This document shows positions 24,781-37,073 of a DNA stretch of 64,000 nucleotides, in pieces. Source of the DNA: Lingula anatina (Eukaryota > Animalia > Brachiopoda). The stretch lies in contig CM120642.1 of NCBI GenBank assembly GCA_051362555.1, positions 30,566,001-30,630,000 on the forward strand, in the 5' to 3' direction. Position 1 is the first letter of the stretch; each line of letters opens with the position of its first letter. Under the pieces are notes generated by a model. The model saw only the letters and a program-made list of their open reading frames with translations. It had not been told where the DNA came from and did no database searches. The translations under genes were made by a program, and so were the position numbers.

Positions 24781-27700
24781 ATGTGGCTGTCGGTGTTACC
24801 TACATTTATGCTCTTTCTCCCAACTATATGCGGTATGTATGATTATTTAAACTGTTTTTCTACTTCGCTAAAGTTAAAATGCTACCTGTAAGCTTAATAG
24901 GGCCCTTTAAAACATAGAAATGGACTGAAGTACACCTGTACAGGTATGCACAGCAAACCGAAATGGCGACCTTGACAAGATTACTTCCTCCAGGAGTGTA
25001 TCTCCAGAATGTTCTATAAAACTTCTTTCTGGTGCAAAAGTAACTTTATTTATACCAGTAGAACCCAAATGCGACCACAGAGAGGTTTACTATGCATACG
25101 TAGAGTTCTATATGTGCCCATTTCTATCCATTTCTGTTTTAAACGACCGTAGTGGGTCACGTCTTCAGTGGGTGGGTGACACAAAACAAAACACAATTCA
25201 TAAGACTGCCATATACTAAAATAAAGACCATGCCCACGTTTCACAAAAGAACTTAAGTCGGGTTCCCTGACTAAGAGCTTGGTTACCAACGTAATTAAGT
25301 CCTTACCTCACTAAGTCAAGTTTCGCGAAGAATTTAAAAGGTCGCTTACATGTTTTTTCTAACCCAAGAATGGTGAAGCTGAATTGCGCAACATTAGCGC
25401 AACACAGTGCAATACACTTGAAAAAATTAATGCAGTTACAATATAACAAAGAAAACGGTTATACTCAACTAAATACTGTGATATAAAAGCAAAATATATT
25501 ACTAGGTTATTATAAATGTCGTTGACTTAACTTAACATTAGCGTGACTTATATATCGTCGGGTTGGCAGCCATATTGGTTTCTGGCTCTTCTTGGCAATA
25601 TTACTGGCCAAGAAGAGCCACTGGATAACATGGCGGCTGAACTGTTACTTTGAAGTTGTATTGAAGTTAAACTAATCAATAAAGTTCCAAAACAAACTTT
25701 GTTTTGAACTTTTGTTTGCTTTTTATTGTTGATAAACGATCAAAAAGGCCATGAAACATAATGTCTTATATGTTTGTTTCACTCCTTTTTTTTTGGAGGA
25801 GTTTCTTGTGCGTCTCGACTATGGTAAGCACACGTACTGAGCTAGGACTTTAGATTCTTTGTGAAACACTAGCTAGGTCACTCAGCTAGCGCTAGTCAAC
25901 TAAGGATTTAAGATTCTTTGTGAAATGGGAGCCATAAAATAAAATAGCTTGTGAAATAGAATTGTGTAAAATAAACTGTAAAATGAAAAATCCAAGTAAA
26001 ATAGAAGCAGACATCGGCTCAGCCTCAAAGATGGTAAACTTTTATGTACCTTTAATTTTCCAAGCTACGTACTTTACATTGCTGTTTGTTTGTAAATTTA
26101 GTGTATTTGGCCAAAATGCTTGTGGCAGCTGTGAATAAGTGTCATTTGAGGACTTGATATATAAGCAGGCCTACCCAACTACCAGACTCGACACCGAATG
26201 ATCCTGAATTCATCAGTAGATCAGACCACACTACCCGTTTTCAAGATGTGTGTCAGATTGCATTACACAGTATCAGACGCAACACAGCTCTTGCCTAGTT
26301 CGCGATGTGAAAGTGACGATTCTCAGCGGGGTTGAAAAGCATTGCATCACCAATCAAAATTTGTTCAGGGTATGATACTGTGTAATGCGATCTTACACAC
26401 ACCTTGAAAACGGGAAGTGTGGTCTGATCTACCGGTGAATTCAGGATCATTCGGTGCCGAGTCTGGTAGTTGGGTAGGCCTGATAAGGCAAGCTGCACAT
26501 GACTATAATAGTCCATGCTCCTTTTTCATAAGCTCTTTAATGGAGGCCAGTGACTGGAGGCCAAATGAGTGATATTAATTCTGTAGCAAAATGCACAGTA
26601 GAAAAATATCTTGAATTAGCCAAAGACACATCTTTGAAAGCCTAGTGAGAAATCAGTCTGTATGAATGGTAGAAGGCAGTTTCATATCCCAATTCTGAGC
26701 AACAACATGTACAGCTTTTGCCGAGTCCATGATTGGCATTTGGGCATTTTCATTTTCTTGAAAGTATTATGTAAGGTTTATTTACATCTGATTATATCAG
26801 TAAAGAGGTTAAAGGGATAATAACTCTTCGTATGATATCTATATTTCACAATAAAAACATTGTGAATAACTCATAGAAATATAATATATTCTGTTTTACC
26901 ACAAAAACGGCAGCTATAGCTATAATTTTGATATCTGAGCTTGTCTTCAGATCACGTGACCTCCACTGATGGCTGTACTCTGTTATAATCTCTTAAGAGA
27001 TTTTAACAAAAAACCAAACTTTTTAGAAGAAAAACCAGAGACTAACTTTGAATGTAAAAATGGATTCATTAACCAATGGTAAGTATGGAAAAATTGTTGT
27101 TCACTCCAGGAAAATTCATTTTTTGGCCAAAACGAAGAGTTATTATCCCTTTAAATAATATGTTTAGTTTTATTATCATTGATGTAAATAGAAAAAAAAT
27201 TATTCAACTTCTTTTTAAATCTTATTTCAGGTGCTTTGGGTGCGAGACCTGTGATCCCAGTTGTAGGTTTCAAAGGGGGAACAGTTGTTTTGAGGACGGA
27301 ATCCATAAGGACAGTGGCCTGCTATCGAAACGGTGATCCAGTTACCACCTTGGTTCAGAATAACAGTGAATTTGGTAGAAAGGTGTCTGGAGGAGATTTA
27401 ATTCTACAAGGCCTGGATTTATCAGATAGAGGTTGCTATATGTGTGTTGGCTTGGATGAAAATCACCAAAATCAGAGTCAAATCTATGACCTAGCTGTGT
27501 ATGATGCAAGCGAGACTGTCCCAGTCCAAACTGGTCAAGTCAGGGGACAAGAACAGAACGTACAGATTTTTGTCGGGCAAGGACAGCATGTGAAAATTAG
27601 TCTGGAGTTCATTAACCAACAAATATTGGACAGTAAAGACTTACTACAGACACGAATAGCGCACAATGTTCAAAACATTAGCAAATGTCTGCTTGAATGC

Positions 27701-28081
27701 AGCTCAAGAAGTGTGCCATCATGTCCAACATTAGCAGATGATGTAAATGTGTCGACGGCCGGAACAGACATCACAATTGATGGGGTCACCAATTCCGGGC
27801 AGTTAATTGCATATGTTGCTTTGGACTCAATGGAAGAATGCAGTTTCACTATAAACATTACTGTTACTGCTGAGCAAGCTAAGCCCATTTCCCCAATTGC
27901 TGACACAAAGCCAACTGAAAAACCAATGCACTCCTTGGGGACAGAGATTGTAGCAGAAAATTATATTCCTAATTTGGGCTTGATTTTGGCTATAATATCA
28001 CTGATATTAGTATTATTATTAATATTTGTATTAGGCATCATTTGCATAGTAAAAAGGTTTTCAACTTTTATTAGTAGCTAA
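24781..28081 (+). CDS. Type-I membrane protein with an Ig-like ectodomain (~300 aa; exons 24781-24832 and 27231-28081)
   Basis: Signal peptide MWLSVLPTFMLFLPTIC ends at a phase-1 GT and joins in frame to tttcag|GT GCT TTG; Ig E/F-strand motif LILQGLDLSDRGCYMC; C-terminal TM helix LGLILAIISLILVLLLIFVLGIICIV; 9-aa tail. Confidence 0.75.
25210..25933. mobile_element. Degenerate PIF/Harbinger-like MITE in the Ig-gene intron
   Basis: cccacgtttcacaaaagaacttaa pairs loosely with ttaagattctttgtgaaatggg; internal 14-bp hairpin tggctcttcttggc/gccaagaagagcca at ~25583-25620. Confidence 0.4.
26166..26482. mobile_element. Foldback MITE with ~110-bp inverted arms and a 5-bp TSD
   Basis: caggcctacccaactaccagactcg...cagtatca versus tgatactg...cgagtctggtagttgggtaggcctg; ATAAG on both flanks (26161-26165 and 26483-26487). 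Confidence 0.8.
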
Positions 28082-29798
28082 AAGACTGAAGTTCAGACAA
28101 TGTCTATTCTCCTCTCTTTGAACTAGGGTTGTTTTAGCTTTAAATGCAACTTTTGGCCAAATGTGATAAACTAATAACTTGCTATCAGTGGGCCTAAGGC
28201 CATTTCTGTTGCAAGGGTAACCATGACATAATGAATAGTTTATCACATTTGCCTTGACATCTGATATTTTACTGGCATTGCCAGTGGGACCAGTGGTTTA
28301 CGTTGCAGACTGCTAAAGATCTAAAACAATTTCTATAGTATAAAGAGAGGAGAGTCACCATTTGATTCTATTTAATGGACAGACTTGTTGTTTGTCCAAC
28401 TTGTATATAGTCTTTCTATCCATATGCCCAGTAATCAGCACAAATGTTTGTCTAAGACACTGATACACACTGGATGTGATAATTGAGTAGGAAGCACCAT
28501 GGACAGATTAGGTGTATCTGACTTTTAATGTGGAGAGCATGAACAAAATACAGAAAACATGACACATACACTCATGTGTACTCAGTCACATACACACCCA
28601 CTTGCTATTACACAAAATGTTACATTTGTTTGAGGCGAGAAGACTTAAAACAATATTTTTATCATTCTGAATTTTTTTTTATTATCATTCTAAGAAATGA
28701 ATTATTGTGTCTGCTTTGTATCTATGCATTTTCAATATTGTAAGACTAAAAATGTAATAACTTACAAGTTGCACATGTACTTTTGTATTAACCTTTTTTA
28801 ACACTACACTTCACTGGGGTAGTGCTAGCAATTTTTTTGGCTTAGCCAAATCACCAAATTTTTGTCAATTTGTTATCAAAATGGGTATAATTTGACTAAA
28901 ACAAGTCAAATCAGGCCCTTTTTCTTTAGCCAGTTTAAGTCAGTTTTATCATTTGGCTAAATTGGCGAGTGTTAGCGCTACCCTAGATTCAGCAAAGCTG
29001 ATCAATACACATGTATAGGTGCACCAATTAATAAATGTTTACTGTAGTTGTAATTGTAAACCATGAGGAAAAGAGATAAAGAACAAAACATTGAATTGTC
29101 AGCTGATTGTAGCTGCTGTTATAAGAAACTGTTAAAAGGATTTGTCAAATACATCTGTATTTCCCACTGTAATTTGAATTCAATAAAAAGTTATCTCATT
29201 GTCTGCCTGTTTTTATTTAAATAAAACATAACATGACATGCTTTATGCCATGTCAGATTTTAATACAGTTTACTCATGGGCTAACAATCACTGACCAAGA
29301 AATAAAGAATATATCTACAAATAATGATTAATTCTATTATTACTATAAATACTGTAGAATCAGAATTAATACCAAACAAAAATTAAAAATAGTTTTAAAA
29401 TTAAACTGAATTAAAATATATTTAAAGTGTGTCTTAAAAATGTAAATAAAATAAAACTCGATAAAAGTAATTTAAAACAAAATGAACTGAGATTAAAGAC
29501 CCAAAAGCTGCCTTCAAACACACTGAATTAAAATTAATGACATATGACACTGTACTTAAATTTCAGGGCTGTGTATATGTATTTGTCACAGAAAGTAAGC
29601 AGAAAATATCCATTCAGATATAATTTCCTGTATAATACGAAACGATTTCCTAAGGATTGTCTGTAATTGACACTATAAGAAACTTCATAATAGTATTTGG
29701 TCGAGTTTTGTGTCCAAAAATCAAGGAGTTATAACTCCTTGCAAAAATTGACTTCAAAGGCCTGTTTTATCAGCTGTTCCAGAAATTGTCATACTTGG

Positions 29799-29880
29799 TG
29801 ACGTCATCATTTTATGAGCTCCATCTTTGGCAATATCCAACTTTGGACCCAGAATAAAGATCACTGTAACAAAGTTACCA
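29799..29880 (+). promoter_or_regulatory. Upstream block conserved between the ZF paralogs, with a full CRE palindrome (copy 1)
   Basis: TGACGTCAtcattttatgagctcc..., homologous to 33330-33390. Confidence 0.5.
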
Positions 29881-30176
29881 CCTTTGCATAAGTCCTCCGT
29901 TTATTTTGATCCACATTTGGCACGGTAGGTTGCTGCCGAGAAAATGCCGGGAGAGTCTCTGTTTTAGCTGAACTGCGGACATTGCTAAGGCTTGCTAAGA
30001 GCCAATTTGTCAGTACGAAGGTTTTGTGGGCACTTTTGCAGTATATGTATATTGGGAGTTATGCACAGGGTAGGGGTAAGTATTTACCTCATCAGAAGAT
30101 TAATTTTTTTTTTCTTATAGAACAGTGAAGATCAAGCAAGCATACAAGTAGCGCTGCTGAAGAAATTGAGAACATC

Positions 30177-31799
30177 ATGCAAGAATACCAGTGCCAGGAC
30201 TATAAAACATTAATTGTTTCCCCTGAAAATGCTTCTGTTGTTCCTGAAAGAATTCATGCTGAAAAGAAAATATACAAATGCCAGTACTGTGATATGACAT
30301 TTACTCGAAAACAGCATTGCACTGAACATGAAATAATTCACACTGGAGAAGATCCATTGAAATGCCAGCATTGTGATAAGACATTTAAAAATAAACGGCA
30401 TTGCATTATTCATGAAAGAATTCTCACTGGAGAGAAACCGTACAAATGCCAGCACTGTGATAAAACATTTGCTCAGAAACAGTATTGCATTCAACATGAA
30501 AGAATTCACACTGGAGAAAAGCCCTACAAATGCCAGAACTGTGATAAGACATATAGAAATAAACGGAGTTGCATTGAACATGAAAGAACTCACACTGGAG
30601 AGAGACCATACAAATGCCAGCACTGTGATAAGACATTTAAAAGTAAACGACATTGCATTATTCATGAAAGAATTCACACTGGAGAGAAACCGTACAAATG
30701 CCAGCACTGTGATAAAACATTTGCTCAGAAAGAGCATTGCATTCAACATGAAAGAATTCACACTGGAGAAAAGCCCTACAAATGCCAGTACTGTGATAAG
30801 ACATGTAGAAATAAACGGAATTGCATTGAACATGAAAGAACTCACACTGGAGAGAGACCATACAAATGCCAGCACTGTGATAAGACATATATAAAGAAAC
30901 AAAATTGCATTGAACATGAAAGAACTCACACTGGAGAGAGACCATACAAATGCCAGCACTGTGATACGACATATAAAAATAAACAGAATTACATTGAACA
31001 TGAAAGAATTCACACTGGAGAGAAACCATACAAGTGCCAGTACTGTAATAAGACATTTACCCGGAAAACCTATTGCATTGTACATGAAAGAATTCATACT
31101 GGAAAGAAACCCTTCAAATGCCAGTACTGTAATAAGACATTTTCTCATAAATGTGGTCATATTCAACATGAAAGTCTCCACAATGTTGAGAAACTGTTTA
31201 ACTGCCCACACTGTGGTACGATATATACTCTAAAAAGTAATGGCATTTTGTATGAAAGAAAAAATAGACAGAAAACATATCAGTGTGATTTTTGTTACAA
31301 GGCATTTTTCAGCAGAAATAAATGTGATCAACAAGGAAAAGATCCCACTGATGTGTCGTCCATTCTGAAATCACATACAAAGAATTATATAGAAGACAAC
31401 CATGATAAAAATTTAGCCTCTCACGATAGTGATGGAGTATCCCATACATTTACATTGGTCAAAATTGAAAATGATACAGAAGTGGGCCATGATAAAAAAT
31501 TGGTCTGCCTTGATAGTGATGGAGCATCCCAAACATTTACATTGGTCAAAATTGAAAATGATACGAAAGTGGGCCATGATAAAAAATTGGTCTGCCTTGA
31601 TAGTGATGGAGTATCCCATACATTTACATTGGTCAAAATTGAAAATGATACAGAAGTGGGCCATGATAAAAAATTGGTCAGCCTTGAAAGTGATGGTGAC
31701 AGAATATCACAGCAGATGGTCAAAAGGGAAAATGAGGATTATGGTCATGCAAGGGAGCAGCCGCATCCTGTGGCTTTGTTTAAAAATGTTTTTGCTTAA
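30177..31799 (+). CDS. C2H2 zinc-finger protein, paralog 1 (11 fingers plus 2 degenerate; C-terminal 29-aa repeats)
   Basis: CxxC...HxxxH array with TGEKPY/TGERPY linkers; acceptor tttcttatag at 30120 suggests an upstream exon. Confidence 0.9.
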   Translation: MQEYQCQDYKTLIVSPENASVVPERIHAEKKIYKCQYCDMTFTRKQHCTEHEIIHTGEDPLKCQHCDKTFKNKRHCIIHERILTGEKPYKCQHCDKTFAQKQYCIQHERIHTGEKPYKCQNCDKTYRNKRSCIEHERTHTGERPYKCQHCDKTFKSKRHCIIHERIHTGEKPYKCQHCDKTFAQKEHCIQHERIHTGEKPYKCQYCDKTCRNKRNCIEHERTHTGERPYKCQHCDKTYIKKQNCIEHERTHTGERPYKCQHCDTTYKNKQNYIEHERIHTGEKPYKCQYCNKTFTRKTYCIVHERIHTGKKPFKCQYCNKTFSHKCGHIQHESLHNVEKLFNCPHCGTIYTLKSNGILYERKNRQKTYQCDFCYKAFFSRNKCDQQGKDPTDVSSILKSHTKNYIEDNHDKNLASHDSDGVSHTFTLVKIENDTEVGHDKKLVCLDSDGASQTFTLVKIENDTKVGHDKKLVCLDSDGVSHTFTLVKIENDTEVGHDKKLVSLESDGDRISQQMVKRENEDYGHAREQPHPVALFKNVFA

Positions 31800-33329
31800 A
31801 ATGTGTTAAATTAAGTATATATATATATATATATATATATATTTTATTTAGCCATTTAAATGTAAAATGATTCTGTTGTATTTTGATACGCAATACTTAA
31901 TAAATAAATTAAATAAAAAAAGAGATGGAATGGTGAACAAGTTAGTATGTGTTTTAACTTTTCATTCCCTAGAATTACTTGAGCTGTGCTTAACAAAGAT
32001 TTTGATTACTGCTGTGAACTTTCTCAATGCGTGTTACTATGAGGCAGCACAATCTCCAGCTTCTCCGTGATAACTTGACCCTGCCTCAATACATCAGTAC
32101 ATGTGGCAGTTGGTATCTGCCCCGCCTCTGTTCAGGCTGGGGTTGTTGGCAACAATGTAGATACAGCCACCTTAACCCCCCTTTAATTCCATACTTTGAT
32201 ATTTGTCAGTTTACTGGTGGATGCATGGACATTGGTCTTATTAGCATAACATAATTAATGCAGAACATGGACATTAAGTCTCTCCTGGGTCCATATCATG
32301 CCACCTGCTTGCTATTTCTTTACTTTCAAAAATGACTTTCGCTAAGGAACCAAATTTGGATGAAACTTTGCAGCAAAATCAATGCATCTATTTTTATTAT
32401 TCTGTCTGTTATTTATTTATCTTTTTTTTTCAAAATTTTACTGAAAATTATTATTATGTTTGAAAGTATGTTATTTCTTCTACGTTTTAAATGCATTATG
32501 TTTGCATTGAACATCATTGGAACTCCATGAAAATTCAAGTGGAAGATAATACTTAAAAAAGGCAAACGTTATGCTAAATTGAGAAATACGCTAGTGGTAT
32601 ATTGAAACTGTTGATTATTATATTGTTGGTATTTAAAAAAACTTCCAGAGTACATTTACATTTATTTATTTTTTTCAACAGTAAAAATTTAAACAATTCC
32701 GTTGAAAAGTATAGATGTTATGATATTTTTGTAAAGTTTTCAAAGTCAATTCACAGAACACCCCACTGGCAATCTGTAATAACCTGTCGGTGGTTATACA
32801 CACCTTCTTAGAGTTACTATTTCACCAATAAGTCAACTGAGACAGGCAGGAATAGTTTATTGCTACATGATTTATTCCACCAACCTAGGATTTGGATCCT
32901 AGCACCAACTGAAGACTCCGGTCTCTTCTACCATCTCTCTCTGTGGTATCTGTCACCCCCTAACTCTCTCCCTGTCACTGCTTTTATATAATATACACGA
33001 ACTTCATTTACATTTTAAATTAACTTCTATGATTGACATGCGACATGCCATGCCTTAAGAACTTAAAATTAAATTGTGGGTACAATTTGCATTAACGAAT
33101 ATGTAAATCACATATATGGAAATTAGCTCTCAATAGGCCTACTATTAATAGTTCACCGCATGCAAACTGTCATGTCTATATACATTTGAATAATTAAAAC
33201 TTAAACAAATATGCATATCTCAGTATGCAAATTTGGAAGACTATCAGTACTAATTAACGGTTCACTACAGCTCGATGCCATCTCAATGCTGGCTTGACTA
33301 ACTTTTATCACATTACAAGGGGCCTATAC

Positions 33330-33390
33330 TGACGTCATCACTTTATGAGCTCCCTCTTTGAGCAATATCCGGCTTTGGGCCTAGGATAAG
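33330..33390 (+). promoter_or_regulatory. Upstream block conserved between the ZF paralogs, with a full CRE palindrome (copy 2)
   Basis: TGACGTCAtcactttatgagctcc... Confidence 0.5.
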
Positions 33391-34037
33391 AGTTGCTAAT
33401 CGATGGAGTTCATTTTTTTCTTTGTCTACTTGTATCTGCTTCTTTCAAAGGTCAGTTTGGTTGGACTTTGGGCATGGCAGGTTATTGAAACTTCGACAAG
33501 GATTGACTTCATCTTCGCTAGGACTTGACTTCTTTGATATTTTTAAAATTCTAGGAACTGTGGGCAAATCAAATTAACTAAAAGGTCATCAGAAATTATT
33601 CTGTTTAGCTGAACTGCGGAGGGTCAATTATTTGCCATCTATGAAAAATACTAAGGTATTGTGGTCTACACTTGAGAGTAGACACTGTGGAGAGATCATA
33701 CAAGTGCCTGTGCTGACTTTTATTCGCAAACAGCATTGCGTTGTTCATCGGGGATAATTTTAAGAGAAATCTCGTTAGTGTCGACGTACGAGTAACTTGC
33801 ATGAAAACGAAAACCCTTTGTCTAGAAAGAAAAACTATATGGATATCAGGAAAGTGGTGAGATATTGACCTCATTTTCAGAAGTTCGATGAATCTTGAAG
33901 AGCAACAAAGAAAGTAAATGCCACTCCAAAATCTAGGAAAATATTGTGTTCTTACCAGAAAGGTACCCTGTATATTCTGATTTACAACAAAGGATTCTCA
34001 CTGAAATAGCAACAGAAAACTAAAATCAAATTCTGCC

Positions 34038-35036
34038 ATGGAAAGTAACCTCCCAAAATTTGAGAACAACATGCAAGGTAACCAAGATGAAGACTGTAAA
34101 ACACTAACTGTTTCTCTTAACTATGCTTCTGTTGTTCCTGAAAAAATTCACACAAGAGAGGAAATATATAAATGCCAGTACTGTGATAAGGCATTTACTC
34201 AAAAATCTGAATACATTCAGCATGAAAGAATTCACATTAGAGAGAAACCGTACAAATGTCAGCACTGTGATAAGGCATTTACCCGAAAATTGCATTGCAT
34301 TGAACATGAAAGAGTTCATACTGGAGAGAAACCGTACAAATGCCAGTACTGTGATAAGCAATTTACTAAAAAACACCATTGCACTAGCCATGAAAGAATT
34401 CATACTGGAGAGAAACCGTACAAATGCCAGTACTGTGATATGACATTTTCTCAAAAAGGTAGTCGCATTCGACATGAAAGTATCCACACTGGTAAGAAAC
34501 AGTACGAATGCCAATACTGTAATAAGACATTTGCTCATGAATGTAGTCGCATTCGACATGAAAATCTCTTTCATAAAGATGGACGCATTCAGCATGAAAG
34601 TCTCCAGCATGTTGAGAAACTGTTTGATTGCCCACACCGTGATACTCTAAACAGTAATGGCATTTCGTATGAAAGAAAAAATAAACAGAAAACATATGAG
34701 TGTGAATTGTGTTACAGGGCATTTTTCAGCAGAAAGAAATGTGATCAACAAGGAAAAGATAGTACTCATGAGTCATCCATTCTGAAATCACATACACAGT
34801 ATCATATAGAAGACAACCATGATAAAAATTTAGACTGCCACAATAGTGATGGAGTATCACATACATTGGTCAAAACTGTCAATGATACAGAAGTGGGCCT
34901 AGATGAAAAATTGATCCGCCTTGAAAGTGATGGTGACAGCATATCACAGCAGATGGCCAAAAGTGAAAATGAGGATTATGATCCTGCAAAGGAGCAGCCA
35001 TATCCTGTAGCTTTGTTTAAAAACGTTTTTGCTTAA
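34038..35036 (+). CDS. C2H2 zinc-finger protein, paralog 2 (5 fingers plus degenerate ones)
   Basis: Same N- and C-terminal sequences as paralog 1 (ASVVPE.IH; PVALFKNVFA-stop); flanks also homologous. Confidence 0.88.
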   Translation: MESNLPKFENNMQGNQDEDCKTLTVSLNYASVVPEKIHTREEIYKCQYCDKAFTQKSEYIQHERIHIREKPYKCQHCDKAFTRKLHCIEHERVHTGEKPYKCQYCDKQFTKKHHCTSHERIHTGEKPYKCQYCDMTFSQKGSRIRHESIHTGKKQYECQYCNKTFAHECSRIRHENLFHKDGRIQHESLQHVEKLFDCPHRDTLNSNGISYERKNKQKTYECELCYRAFFSRKKCDQQGKDSTHESSILKSHTQYHIEDNHDKNLDCHNSDGVSHTLVKTVNDTEVGLDEKLIRLESDGDSISQQMAKSENEDYDPAKEQPYPVALFKNVFA

Positions 35037-35309
35037 AATGAATTAAACTGTGTATATTTGTAGCAATTTGAATGTAAACAATTCTGTAGTATTTTAGCAA
35101 TTTTTACTTGATAAATTAATAAATTACAAGAAAAAAGATGGAATGATGAAGAAGTTAATGTAGTGTTTAAACTTTTCAATCTCTAGACTTACTTGAGCTG
35201 CACCTAACAAAGATTTTGATCACTGGTGTGACCCTCCTCAGAGTGTGTTACTGTATGAGTTGGCGCAATCTCCAGTGTCTCAGTTACACTGCTGCCCCAT
35301 ACATGTATA

Positions 35310-35508
35310 CTGACAGTCAATGAAAACGCAACATTTATTTGTCAAATAATATTTTAAGTTCCTTTGGAACATTAAGAAAATAACACTTGTTGTGTGAAAT
35401 ATGACCCATTATTCAGTCAAACAAGGTGACTCCTTTTTGACCAAACAAGTGCATTTGTTTATATGGTTGGAATCGAAAGTTTTCTGATGCATTTTCATTG
35501 ACTGTCAG
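35310..35508. mobile_element. ~200-bp TA-flanked MITE downstream of ZF paralog 2
   Basis: TIRs ctgacagtcaatgaaaa and ttttcattgactgtcag, with tata on both sides; absent at the homologous position after paralog 1. Confidence 0.75.
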
Positions 35509-36972
35509 TATATGTTTGACAACTTGGTCTACCCAGTCTCCTTACAGGCTTGGGGTTATGGGCACGGACGTAGATTTCCTCCTTAACCCCCCCCCCATTA
35601 GATACCATGATTTGATATTTGTCAGTTTATTGGTGGATGGTCATGGAAGGTAACGTGGAAGTTAAATCTGTGCTGGGTCCACGCTATCTGCTTTCTGTTT
35701 CTTTACTTTCAAAGATGACTTTTGCGACAAGATTGAAGAACCAATGTGAAATAAATGGGCTTGATCTATTTGAACAAAAATTATTTTTTAAAATGATTTT
35801 TCTTGGTCACAATATTTTGACCTAGTGATCATCTCGTGTGACTGTATTTTTTGCTTATTTGAATCGTTTAGATCATATCACCAAGTAAGCCTTGGTGCAT
35901 TTTCGAAACATTAAAAGTGGGAAGTGGCAAGCAGCAGCTCTTTTGTCATTTGTAACTGTGTTTAAAAGGCAATGAAGGGACCCTTCATAAAATGAGGAAT
36001 TCAAAGAAACAAATGCATCAAGATGTTATCATGAAGAAAGGGTGCGGTAGGCTACATACTTCTATTCATGTCTGATCTGCCGTGACGCACCTTACATTTA
36101 TGAACAGTAGGCTAGTATTTATCAGTTTTGACCACTATGTCATTGGCGTACTTGTGAACCGGTCATTATTATAATAAGTTGGAAGGGGCTGGGGGGGGGG
36201 GGGGGGGATGGAGATGAAAATGGGTGATTTTACGCAAAAATTATGGAGGGGTCATGAAATTTGAAAATGACGATGAAAGTTAAAAGTACAACTCATGGCT
36301 TCAATCAGCAATTAAAGGTGATTTAGACTGATGGAAGACTGCCACAGCTGCAGAAAAAAAATAAAAAAAATATTTTTCCCTGGTTTTGCCTTGATTTTTA
36401 TAAAATTCAATTTTTCCCTGACCAAAATACAAATTTTCTTTTATAAGAATGAGTAGAATAAATTCTGTAGTATTTACTATCTACAGTTGTAAGTGCCAGA
36501 TTCATTGCTTTATATGAACAAGGTGTAAGTGCTAGATTCCTTGTTTTAGATATACAAGGTGTGAGTAGTTTTCATGACTTGCGTGAGTAGCGCGCCTGTT
36601 TTGAATGTAACCGAGTCGTAACGCTACAGGATTTTGCACAAGTAGGGTCTCTCCTGCATTTTACCGTTATTTCCAACGTTGTATGGTGTATTGTAACAAT
36701 TGTACAGAGAAATCATAATGTAAGTGTTTATCTTATCAAAATATATTTGAGCATTGTATTTATTAGTTTTCTGTATAAATAATAAAGGTAAAATATTGGT
36801 ATATTAGCTAGCGCACCTGGTAGGGTGTGGCCATTAGTATGAAATACAGTGGCACATGTACATGTAGCACAGTTATTTAGCATGATTATTTTCCTGATTA
36901 TTTGACATTTATATTAAAAAAAAAGAAACACTACAGCCAGTGGGCCACTTGATTACAGCTGAACCTTCCTTC

Positions 36973-37073
36973 CTGTCCATTGTCAAGGTGAAGGTAATGC
37001 ACGTAATTAAAGAAAATTTCTTCCTGTATATATCTTTAATTACGTGCATTACCTTCACCTTGACAATGGACAG
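36973..37073. repeat. Perfect 41-bp inverted repeat with a 19-nt loop
   Basis: 36973-37013 is the exact reverse complement of 37033-37073. Confidence 0.95.

Noticed and set aside
30210-31211. Long antisense and alternate-frame ORFs over the ZF arrays (also 34104-34637)
   Set aside because: A typical by-product of repetitive zinc-finger codons.
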